Shown here in pieces: positions 1 to 14,649 of a stretch of 64,000 bases of DNA. Both the position numbers and the translations under genes were made by a program. The notes beneath the pieces were generated by a model, which made no database searches, had not been told where the DNA came from, and saw only the letters and a program-made list of their open reading frames with translations. The stretch comes from the human T2T-CHM13v2.0 reference genome, Homo sapiens. Every line of letters begins with the position of its first letter. Position 1 is the stretch's first letter. The stretch is from assembly GCF_009914755.1 (NCBI RefSeq), contig NC_060926.1. The stretch is one strand, 5' to 3'.

Positions 1-280
1 CTGCCAAAGCACTCACTCCATCATTCTCTTTAAATTAGCCAATCGGAATTAGTTTAGCCTGTGCGGTCTAACCCTAGCCAATAGGGGAATGACACAGCAG
101 CAGGGGCCATGTGCATCAGAGATAAGAACCCCTTCCCCTCCCTTGTCCAGGTGTGCGCTCACCATTGCTCCATCTGTAAGGGCGCACCCTTCTATAGAAG
201 TAACTTGCCTCGCTGAGAATTAAAAAGATTTTATATTCGAGTGCTATTTCTTTTACGGCACCGAAACTTTATATATAACA
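1..280 (+). mobile_element. LTR10 (HERV-I/ERV1; LTR10A/F-like) 3' part, truncated by window start
   Basis: Matches recalled LTR10 consensus: TTAGCCAATCGGAATTAGTTTAGCCTGTGCGGTCTAACCCTAGCCAATAGGGG (two CCAAT boxes), ATTAAA poly(A) signal, terminus ...TATAACA at 280. Confidence 0.85.
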
Positions 281-473
281 GTATCATAGACTCTTTGTGG
301 AGGGAGGTGAGAAAGAGCTATTTCCAGGTCCTTATACGTATAAATAGGCATGTCCACTAGCCCCCCTTTCTTCAAGGCAGCTAGATGGGAGGGGCACTGG
401 TTTCCCAGAATCAGCTTTAATTCCATTAAAGTAGATCAGAAAAATGGCTTATGCATTTCCTCAGGAATGTTGA

Positions 474-853
<380 letters not shown>

Positions 854-1533
854 CAATTTCTCTTTTACAGATTGTTGGTGTACATAAAAATCACCCTAGG
901 TGCTTATTGAAAATGCTAATGTGTTCATAAAGGAGGGTGAAGTGGTTGCCTCCTCCATATCTGAGGTCTAACAGGTGACTCCGCTCCTCAAAGGTGACCC
1001 TTCCCAGAACCATCTGCTCCACGGAGGCCACTGGTCAGTTGGCTGCTGGTCACACCGGGACCAAAGTCTTGGGGTATATGCAGTGGCCTTCCCCAGAGCC
1101 TCCCCAAAGGCAAGGGGGTGGGAAATGTTTCAAACCTGGGATAGAAAGAACCTCCCTTCCTTCCCCAGGCGAGCACTCCAACTTGGGTGTAGCCAACATT
1201 ATTGAAATCTTGGGAAGACAGACAGGTCCCAGCCCACCCCCAGTGGCAAAATAGATGTTCCTTTTCTTACTGAGCCTCTCGGCCATTCTGCCAGCCTCCC
1301 ACACAGTTGCTCTACCCCTTGGTGGGCAACACAAGCCCTGCCCCCAACCGCCTAAACATCCTCCCCACTTTAGTGTGACGAGCAGACACCTACAAAAACC
1401 ACCCGCCTTTCCTTCCCACACCAGCCCGAACCTAGGAGGCCTTTCTGCGTATTCAAAGCTGGGAGAAGGTGCTCTTCCTGCTCTCCCCACCTGTGAGGCA
1501 GGAGATGGAGCTGGGGACCTGACTGCCTGTCAC

Positions 1534-1874
1534 TGTTACCAGGTTCTTGGCATTTTGAACAATGAATTGGACAAAACCCACAAAAAATGCAAGGAAAGAA
1601 TGAAACAACAAAAGCAGAGATTTATTAAAAATGAAAGCACACTCCACAGGGTGGGAGCGGCCTGAGCCAGCGGCCTTAAGGCCCAGTTACAGAATTTTCT
1701 GGGGTTTAAATACCCTCTAGAGGTTTCCATTGGTTACTGTGTAAATGAAGAGGATGAAGTAAAGTTACAAAGTCATTTACTCGATGTACACTCTTTGTGA
1801 ATGAAGAAGATATTTGCTGTCATCACTGAAGTGTTTCCAGGTTCCCTGCCTCCAGGCCCTATTCTCCTGCCTCA
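1534..1874 (-). mobile_element. MER51-type ERV1 solo LTR (internally deleted)
   Basis: TGTTA...CCCTATTCTCCTGCCTCA termini; internal GGTTCTTGGCATTTTGAAC..GAATTGGACAAAAC resembles MER51; flanks TCAC/TCGC consistent with a 4-bp TSD. Confidence 0.7.
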
Positions 1875-1966
1875 TCGCCACCTCCTACTCACGGCTCTGT
1901 TTTTTCAGGTAGGATGTTGAGGTGGAGGATCGGCAAAGACAAGGGGCTCTTTGATATGAATGAAGC

Positions 1967-2821
1967 TGTCAAAGGCGTTTGAACCACAGCAACTCCATCT
2001 TGATTAGGAGCTGGCTAAAATGAGGCTGAGACCTACTGGGCTGCATTCCCAGATGGTGAGGCATTCTAAGTCACAGGATGAGATAGGAGGTCAGCACAAA
2101 ATACAGGTCATCATAAAAACCCTGCTGATAAAACAGGTTGCAGTAAAGAGGCCGGCTAAAACCCACCAAAACCAAGATGGCCGTGAGAGTGACCTCTGAT
2201 CGTCCTCACTGCTACACTGCCACCAGCGCCGTGACAGTTTACAGATGCCTTGCCAATGTCAGGAAGTTACCCTACATGGTCTAAAAGGGGAGGCATGAAT
2301 AATCCACTCCTTGTTTAGTATATCTTCAAGAAATAACCATAAAAATGGGCAACCAGCAGGGCTGCTCTGTCTATGGAGTAGCCATTCTTTTATTCCTTTA
2401 CTTTTCTTTTTTTTTTTTTTTTTTGAGCGGGAGTCTCACTCTGTCGCCCAAACTGGAGTGCAATGGTGCAATCTCAGTTCACTACAACCTCCGCCTCCTG
2501 AGTTCAAGCAATTCTCCCACCTCAGCCTCACAAGCACCTAGGATTACAGGCGCCTGCCACCTCGCCTGGCTAATTTTTGTGTTTTTAGTAGACAGCGGGG
2601 TTTCACCATGTTGACCAGGCTGGTCTCAAACTCCTGACCTCAGGTAATCCACCCTCCTCGGCCTCCCAAAGTGCTGGGATTACAACCATGAGCCACCGAA
2701 CTTGGCCCTTTACTTTCTTAATAAACTTGCTTTCATTTTATGGGCTCACCCTGAATTCTTTCTTGCATGAGATCCAAGAACCCTCTCTTGGGGTCTGGAT
2801 TGGGGCCCCTTTCCTGTAATA
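1967..2821 (+). mobile_element. MER41A solo LTR interrupted by an Alu
   Basis: TGTCAAAGGCGTTTGAACC start, GAACCCTCTCTTGGGGTCTGGAT..TGTAATA end, perfect 4-bp TSD AAGC (1963-1966 / 2822-2825). Confidence 0.9.
2405..2707 (-). mobile_element. Alu (S-type) inside MER41A
   Basis: Full antisense Alu with TSD CTTTACTTT on both sides. Confidence 0.95.
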
Positions 2822-3470
2822 AAGCCACCTGACCCTGCTCCCAGAGCTTGTCCCCTTTCTTCCTGTGGCAAATGCGTCTCAGCAAAGGCTGCAGGACGAT
2901 GCCGACACAAAGGAAGGAGCCCAGGCCGGCAAGGCTTGAACACCCCCCAGGATGCCTGGACTCCTCACAGAGGCCCCCCAACTTGGACTCTGCTATAAAA
3001 GTGAGGAAAAGGAAAACGGAATAAATCGAGCATAAAGTGGATTGTGGGGCAGGGGTCTCAGAAGTGGTGGATTAACTGGAACTGACTGTGGGATTCCACC
3101 ATGAGACAGAAATGGGGCCTTAGATAGAGACTGAGGTGTGGAATAATTAAGGTCTTTTTTGATTCAAAGTCGAATCTGTAGCTCGGAAATAGAACTTGCT
3201 GCTAACCCGTTCATTTAGCACCTAATATAATTCAGGAACTGTGCTGGGCACTGAGGATTAAATGTTTAAAAATGTGTTCTAAGGAGCATAGGGTCCTGTG
3301 TGAGAGGCAGCCATGAGCAACCCCATACACACCACCTGGTGCTCACCCTTGAGGGCCACCCAGAATGGGGGAGTTGAGGAGGCATCCGGAGCCGGCGACG
3401 TTTGAGCTGCAGAATCCTGCGTTCCTCCTATAAGCCAGCAAACACGAGAGACATTTTTATTTAACATTTA

Positions 3471-3762
<292 letters not shown>

Positions 3763-4130
3763 CTAGATATAAGACAGTGACATCAACATTGAAAATAAAA
3801 TTCAGGATGAGTAGGAATCCGGGGGATAAAAAGGTTTGGGGTAGGAAGGAGTTCCAGGTAGGGGGAGCGGGCTCACAGGTGGGGGGTTTCAAGGACTGAG
3901 TAGGAGGCAACAACCTGTCCGCAAGAGGAGTGGGCCTTGCTGGCCCAGCCCAGGAAGTTGGGTTTTATCTTGAAGGTAATTGAAAGCCATTAAGGGAAAC
4001 AAGCCTGTGGGACCTGCATTTCTAAAAGCCTCTTGTGTAGCTCAGTGGGAGTGGCCTGGAGGGGGTTCCTGGAAGGAGCCAGCCAGTGAGGGGCTAAGGC
4101 AGTAACTGGTGGGAGCAGGTGAGGGCCCCA

Positions 4131-4270
4131 GCAGGAGGGAAGACGTGGGAGCATCGGAGTGGACCTGTGGTTGGGGGGACACGCACGTGGGTGGGTGGGG
4201 GCAGGAGGGGAGACATGGGAGCATCAGAGTGGACCAGTGGTCAGGGGGATGCACACGTGGGTGGGTGGGG
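4131..4270. repeat. 70-bp tandem duplication (2 copies)
   Basis: 4131-4200 vs 4201-4270 align ungapped with 9 mismatches by my count. Confidence 0.9.
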
Positions 4271-5300
4271 AGTCACGAAGGTGGTGAGGAGATGAATAAC
4301 CAATACGGTTATTAATAACTTGTTACCTCCAGATTAGGAACAGGTTTTGAGGCATAGAGATCATTTGAATCAGGTTCCTCCTTCCCTGGATTGGGGCTGG
4401 GTGGAGTTTCCTCTCAGTGTTCTGGAACGTTCTCCAAAGTGCCTCAGGGCTGCCCAAAAATAACCGAAAGGACACCCAGGACCCCCTCCTGGACAGCGAA
4501 GACATCTCTCCAAAGGCCTCAGCAGAGCCCCCGTGTTTTGGGGAGCCCGTCGTCCCCAACCCTCTCCTGGTACCACAGAACAGCACTTACTTCGCTAATT
4601 GTCTCCTGGTAGAAACGGCACAGCTAACGTGAAGGAACAAGGCATCCTAATCCACTGTGTGGTGTGGCAGAATCCATGACAAGCCACACAGGTGTAGGGC
4701 TGCCGCGCTGTCACACAGGGTCCCAGCGCTGAAGGACCGGGCGGTGAGGGGGCAGGGAAAGTCAGAAAGGGCACCCAGGGTACAGGGCACAGTGCTCAGT
4801 TTGCTGTGGCTGCCTGAGTAGTAATAATCACAGCTACAACTGCAGGTGCGCTCAGGTGCCAGGCCTGCGCACTGTCTCGGAGCATCTCACTTTATGCTCA
4901 TAGCGAAGGAGGTACAAATTTCAACCCCTAATTACCATTAGCTGTCATCATTTTTATTGTGGCTCTGCCTGGCTAGCCCTTGCTCTCCTCACCCCAAGTC
5001 AGTGGCCCACTGAGTCCTCAGAGCCTGGCTCCACAGCCCCAGACCACCAGGATGGCCTCTCCTCCTGATGCTCCCATCTGAGTCTTCGCTGCTTTGAAAA
5101 ATGCGGGTTTTTCTTCTGTGTTGAGTTGAAGACGGAGCTCTGCCTTTCTCTCCTGAGGTGCCCTGCACATGTCAGGGTCCCCGTGGGTGGCCGGAAGGAA
5201 AAGCTTCATGAAGGGAAGAAACCAGCCCTTCAGTGGTATGGGGCTCCCCTGGTCCCTGGAGGAACAGTAGCCTCTGTCTGAGTCCTAAACTGGGGCAGCA

Positions 5301-5645
<345 letters not shown>

Positions 5646-6590
5646 TCATGTGTCCACAGGTTTCCATCACAGCCCTGCAGTGACAGGATGGCTAGATGCC
5701 CTGCAGAAATCCTTTCCTGGACATACTCCCTCCTCCAGCCACCAGCCCCCCACTGGGTACAGTGCTCATCACAGCCTGGGGTGGAGGCATCAGCAATGCC
5801 CTCTTCAAGCTCTTCCCAAAGAAAGTGCCCCATCCGCCTGCCTCTGGCCCTGCCTGACCTGCACATGAGCCACCAGCTTCCTGCCAGGCCTCTGGTGATC
5901 CCTGGAACAGTCTCTAGAGCAGGAGCAGGAGCAGGAGCAGGCAGGGCCTGTATCTTCACTCTGCCTGAGCCCAGGCAGGCTCAGCTATGCCTTCAGGCCC
6001 CTCGACCACAATCATGGTGACCACATCCCTGGGATAGTCCCTGCTTTGATAACCTGCCTCACTAGTGCCTGCTAAGCACCGCTCCGCCCAGCCTGGTGTG
6101 TCCTCCACATCTTCAACCTCTGCAGTCTTCCCAGGGCTGCCCATGCCCTCCCTGGTTTCCAGTCTCTCCTCTACCACTCTCCTCCATCCCCTCAGTCATC
6201 CCCCGGTGCTCCCCTTCCAGACCCCACGGTTGCCCCTGTGCCACCTGACTGTCCAACTTTTCTCCAAGCACTCAAGATGGTCTCAGTGCTCCCCACCCCC
6301 ACCTAGTGAGTCAATTTCAGTACCTGGGCCCTCTAATTCTGCCCTGCGGAGTCTCAAAGTATGTGCTGCCCACTCACCAGAGGAAACAGAAAGCACCTTC
6401 TCAGAATACAGCAGGCTTTAATTTCTAGAACTGTGGAGTCATTCAGAAAATGAGAAGAAGAGTGTTGGGTGTCTGATAAGTGAAGATAAGGGCTCAGAGG
6501 GATTGCAGGTCGTGGGGTGCGGAGGGGTGGAAGGGAAGACAGTTATGCTAATTTTTCTAAAGAAGAGCCTAGACATCAGCCCATACATAG

Positions 6591-7282
<692 letters not shown>

Positions 7283-8102
7283 CACTTACTCTACTTCTGC
7301 ACCCCCCACCCTGCACATAAGGAGGGTACATCAGACCCAGAGGATGGCAACCCCCCCAGACTCAGAGGCCACAGGGAAGGGCCTGCGCTGGCCCACCTTC
7401 ACCTCGATGCTGACTCGCAGAGCTCCGGGAATGTGGACCAGCAGGGAAGGAAAAGGTTCCCAGATAGACTCCGGAAACAGAGCTCACATGACCCCCCTGG
7501 GACTCTCTCGTCCCCGCACTGTCCCTGCCAAGGAAAGGACAAGGCCTTGGGCCAGTCTTCTGCAGGAGGTGTCCTGGACAGGCAGTTCCCAACCCACGTG
7601 TACAGGCAGTGGCTTCAGATTTGTCTCTGGGCTGTGCTTGTTCCTCTAGGAAGGGCCCCAGCAATTCCAGCCCCAGGGAAATTTTCTCTCCTTCTTCTGG
7701 TGTGGATCAGCCAGGACATTTCACAACCAGCTACAGATGACAAAGAACTGGTAACAGGGCCACCTCCCGTGCCCTGGTCTGGGTGTCCCGGTGAAACTGA
7801 ATGAAATGAACACCAGGTGGCCGGGGTCAAACACCAAGTTAAACAGAAGGGGACAATCTCAGCTCCCAGGCAGAGACCACGGGTGGGGGAGGGAGAGCGG
7901 GCAGGAGGTTACAGACCACGTGAATAAGAGTTCAGATCTTTGTGGTACTGGTTGGCAGTTTCCGTTCTTACACCCCAGCTTCCTTCCTGATTCTCTGCCC
8001 AGCACAAGGGGATTGGGGAACATGTCCAGCCAACTATAGCCAAAGGCAGCACAGGGCAAGGTATACAGTCAGTGCCAGTTAATGGTTAAGACAGCCAGCA
8101 TA

Positions 8103-8193
8103 TCAGGCATTGCAGTGAGCCGAGATTGCACCACTGTACTCCAGCCTGGGCAACAGAATGAGACTCCATCTCAAAAAAAAAAAAAAAAGAAAT
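8103..8193 (+). mobile_element. 5'-truncated Alu (3' end only)
   Basis: TTGCAGTGAGCCGAGATTGCACCACTG..A-tail, perfect TSD AGACAGCCAGCATA (8089-8102 / 8194-8207). Confidence 0.92.
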
Positions 8194-8207
8194 AGACAGC
8201 CAGCATA

Positions 8208-8390
8208 GGAGTCAGACAGGATCCCAACTCCACACTTGAACTCTCTAAGCCTCGGTTTCCTCATCTGTAAAATGGTGATAACATTGAAGACCATCTCACA
8301 GGGATGCCAAGAAAATTAAATGAGAAACTCTATGGAATGCACTTAGGACAGGGCCTGGCACATAGTAGGACCTCAATAAATATTAGCCAT
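8208..8390 (+). mobile_element. MIR
   Basis: MIR core CCTCGGTTTCCTCATCTGTAAAATGG..CCTGGCACATAGTAGG..CTCAATAAAT. Confidence 0.8.
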
Positions 8391-8990
8391 ACTATCAACT
8401 TGACTGAGAATGGTAGTTGAAGAACCAGTGGGCTCCACACAATCTCATATTAGAGAATCTGACTCTCCAGGCAGGCGTGAGAGTCAGTGCATGATGATTA
8501 AATCCTTTGAGGCACACGGGGGAAATGTGTCCTGCCTAGGGCTGTCTTACTTCTCTTCCTCACCCCTGTTGGCCTCAGTATCTGGAACTGCACCATAGAG
8601 ATGAGTCCCTTTGGGTAGTGCCAGGCAGCGACTCAGATCCCAGGGTTCCAAATAGAGACACAGGGGCACTGCTGTACTGGGGGCATGGAGGGCTATAGCA
8701 TGGGCCGGCTTAGGGGTGTGGTTTGAGCACCCCAGTTCCCCATAGGCCTGATTCCCCACAGAGCTCAGATGTAGAAGGGCCTGGCAGATCGGGCAACCAA
8801 AGCTCCTTTCCCTAACCTCACAAGGTCCAGAACCCCAAGATTTAGACTTTCTTCCTTTCCCCAGCCCCCTTATCACCACTTCCTGGCACTCAGCTCCTGC
8901 ATCTGAGAAATGAGTATCGTACCAGGGTTGTGGTTAGGCTCAAATGAGCAACCCATGCAAAATCCTTTGAACCGAGCTAGACATAGGTGT

Positions 8991-9665
<675 letters not shown>

Positions 9666-9749
9666 CTAATGTCCCTAATGTCACCAAATAATGGTGGCAG
9701 AAAGGAGGTGTTTGTTGCACTGAACTAAATAGCAATGTTTCCTGAGCCC

Positions 9750-10300
9750 CTAATAGTTGGTGCTCAGCAAACATTACTATTTAATTCAGTACAACAAATA
9801 CCTTCTTTCTGCCAGCGTTATTCTAGGCCCTTTGCTTATGAGCAAAGCAGCCCAATTCTTTGTCCCTGTGGGGTTTACATTTTGGGGGTAGAGGGAGGGG
9901 CAAGAGACATCATATGTCAGACATACTAAAAAGTAAGTTATATAGTGTGCTAAAAGATGGTACGTTCTATACAAATAAATAAATAAATAACAGAGTAGAG
10001 TAAGGGGAATCTGGAGCGAGGGCCAGCATTTTGAACAGGGTAGTCAGAGCAGGCCTCATCGAGGCAACATTTGGCAAAGCCTTCAAGGAGATGCTCTATG
10101 GTCTATTATGGTTCTTCCTAGGGAATCGTATCAGAATTGTTGGGCTTTGAACTCCCATTTCCCTGCCCACTTCCACCCACGCTGATATCAGAGCAGAGAC
10201 AGTGCCTCTGAGACACAAGATCTGACACTGACATTTGACTCTGCTCTTTATTAGCAGAGCCATGCCGGGCAAGTTACTCAACCTCTCTGAGCCTGTGCCC
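9750..10300. mobile_element. L2 and MIR fragments
   Basis: Degenerate L2 3'-type motifs, then MIR-like GGGCAAGTTACTCAACCTCTCTGAGCCT. Confidence 0.5.
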
Positions 10301-10458
10301 CACACACTGTACTCCTGCGGGCCATCACCTCTGTGCAGTGGGGTCAGGGTAGAGGCATGGCCCAAGGTCAGCCACCCATGGGCTGGGCTGCCCTAGGCTA
10401 GCTGGGGTGGGTGCTGGGCTTTCAGAAGTAGCTACCAGATTTTGCATGAGATGACCTG

Positions 10459-11270
<812 letters not shown>

Positions 11271-12726
11271 GGGGAAACTAGATACTGGGTAGGTGCCCAG
11301 CATATGCTCTCAGCTGAGCTCAAGTGCAGTGAGGGTGGGCGGTGCATCACAGCCCTGGCCCAGGGCCACCCCCAGGACTGGGAGGAGAGCCCAGAGCTGA
11401 GAGGGGCAGAGCCTGGGCTGCAGGTCTCTGAGTCTGCATGGTATGGGCAGTCTAGTGGTGGGAAGATTTTCTCCCTCCCCCTCCCCACTCACTTATGTGC
11501 ACCGGCATCCACGCAGCCTCCACTTTCACAGGCTGAGGTGCTGTCTCATTTCTCTCACCCTCTGCCACACCACCCCTTGGGTCTCCCTGACATTGCGCTG
11601 CTTTCTCAGGCCTTGGCTGGAGCACAGTGCAGAGGGGGTGGGGATGGGGGAGCACTCCTCATCGCTGCTTTTCAGAGGATCCCCCTCCACTCTTCAAAAG
11701 AAAGGATGGGAAGTGGGGTGTGGGGCTGTGTGCTAAGGAAGGCTCTCCTTCCAGCTTCTACTGCCTGCCCCCCACCTCAGGATCAGAAGTGGGGGGCTCC
11801 AAGGGCCCCTCATTCCAGAGCCCATGGGCTAAAGCAAGTAAAGATGAGTGAGGATTAAAGCAAAAGGCAAACATGAGGACACAGAGCCTGCCCTCCCTGT
11901 CGCAGCAACCTGGTGAGGATGAACTCAGAGGCTGGCCCTAGTGGTGGAAAGTTAAGGAAAGACTGCCAGAAGATGAATGCCAAAAACCTAGGGCTCCCCT
12001 TCTTCCTCCCCATATCCAAGCCCTCATCCTCCTTAGACATACATCCAGAGTCTGACTGCTCCTCCCGCCTCCACAGCCACCACCCTGGTCCATCCTTTGT
12101 CCCGACTCACGTAGATCATGACATCTCTCTCCTTCCTGCACGTCCAGCCGCCCCAACCACCCTCATCACACAGCCAGACCAGCCCTCTCGTGTTTCCCAA
12201 ATCTCCATGATGGCTCACAGGTTCCCATGGATTCCTGTGGACTCCCAGGATCACTTCAGCCACAGGGAAGTGTGCTCCTGACTCAGGGCCTTTTCATTTC
12301 TGGTACCTTCTGCCTCGGAGGCCCTTCCCCCTGGAGCCCTGGGCTGACTCCCTTACCCTTCAGACTTTCACTAGCATCTACCAGAGCCTTCCTCTGACCT
12401 CCCTGTGTTAATGACAACAGCTCTCCACCCTGCTGCATACCCTAACATGCTGAGCAGCTTTCTTTTCTCCACACCACGTGTTGCCACCAGACAAAAGTGC
12501 TACAAGCTCCTGGAGGGAGGGACCAGGTCTATAGTTCACTGCCATATCCACAGTCCCTCATGTACTCCCTCAGTGCTTGCTGAGTGAGTGAGTGAATGAA
12601 TGAATGAGCGAACCACAAGAATATTATTTGACCTCAAGAACACCGCAGGAACTGGCAGGGGGACCATGATCTTCCTGAACGCTCTGCATGAGATGACTTG
12701 GCAGATCCCACGGACTTGCCTTCTTA

Positions 12727-13204
<478 letters not shown>

Positions 13205-13333
13205 CTAGCCGCTCCAGTGACCCAAGGCTGGGGGAGATTTGGCTCTGCTACTTTCCAGCACTGTGAGCTTGGGAGCCTTACCTGCTCCGAGCTTCAGTTT
13301 CCTTACTTGTATAATGGGGATTAAATAACACAC

Positions 13334-13630
13334 TTTTTTTTTTTTTGAGATGGAGTCTCACTCTGTTGCCCAGGCTGGAGTGCAGTGGCACTATCTTGGC
13401 ACTATCTGCAACCTCCGACTCCCGGGTTCAAGCAATTCCCCCGCCTCAGCCTGCCCAGTAGCTAAGATTACAGACACACGCCACTACGCCCAGCTAATTT
13501 TTGCATTTTGGGTAGAGACGGGGTTTCACCATGTTGGCCAGGCTGGTCTCGAACTCCTGACCTCAAGTGATCCACCCACCTCGGCCTCCCAAAGTGCTGG
13601 AATTACAGGTGTGAGCAACCACGCCCAGCC
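13334..13630 (-). mobile_element. Alu (S-type) inserted in a MIR (MIR ~13235-13330)
   Basis: TSD TAACACACTTT; MIR core CTTCAGTTTCCTTACTTGTATAATGGGGAT upstream. Confidence 0.92.
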
Positions 13631-14194
13631 CTAACACACTTTCTTTATTGCCCTTGAATCAACCGCATTCCAAGGCCAACGTCATTTGGAAAGGTTGACC
13701 TAGATTTCCTTTTCCATCTCCACTGGGACCTCCCCTTTCACCCACCGGAACCCAGGAGGCTCTGATGCCTTGAACACACAGAAGGGCTCCTAATCTTTTG
13801 TACATCAAAGTCGCCCCAGCTTCTTTGCTGCCCAAGCTCACTGGTGTGGTTTCCTAATGTCCCCGACAGTTTGGGAGATCTCTGCCAAGGCTGGCCACCT
13901 GGTACCAGCCCAGGTGCCCCACCTGTCTCCCACCCCCAGGTCTCTGGTCACCTCCTGGATACTGTGAGTACTGGAGAACTTGCTGCTTGGGGACACCAGC
14001 ACTCTCTCCCCTGAGGGCTGGGGCATATGCTCTCCAGACCCACCTTTCTCCTTCCCTCTCAGGACCCCTGGAGTGATCTCATCAACATCTGGCTTAACTC
14101 ATCAGGGGATTTTCTGCAAGTGAGAAGGCTAATGCCTCTGGGGCCAGGCAGGCCTGGTGAATGTATGACAAAACTGCAGGGCATGGTAGGAGCG

Positions 14195-14649
14195 TGTACT
14201 GGTTTTCTAGGGCGCCGTAATGAAGTACACACAAACTGGGTGGCTTAGAACAATGGAACTGTGTCGACTCACAGGTCTGGAAGCCAGAAGCCTGAAATCG
14301 AGGTGTTAGCAGCACCATGCTCCCTCCAAAAGCACTGGGAAGGATCCATTCCAGGCCTCTCCCTGAGTTTCTGGGGGTTGCTGGCCGTTTTTGGCATTCC
14401 TTGGCTTGGAGACACGTCACCCAGTCTCTGCCTTCAGCATGTGGTATCTTCCCTGTGTGTGTCTGTGTTCCCATTTCCCCTTTTTCGAGGACAGAAGTCA
14501 GATCAGGGGCCCACCCTACTCCAGTATGACCTCATCTTAACTCATTACATCTGCAATGACCCTCTTTCCAAATAAGGTCACATTCTGAGATACTGGCAGT
14601 TAGAACTTCAACATGCATATTTGAAGAGGGTGCAATTTAGCCCCTAACA
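14195..14649 (-). mobile_element. MLT1C-like MaLR LTR
   Basis: TGTA...AACA termini; CACAAACTGGGTGGCTTA and CCAAATAAGGTCACATTCTGAG motifs. Confidence 0.8.

Noticed and set aside
11304-11858. 184-aa ORF in unique GC-rich sequence (also the 157-aa ORF at 32136-32609)
   Set aside because: No recognisable homology and no supporting splice structure; length is compatible with chance.
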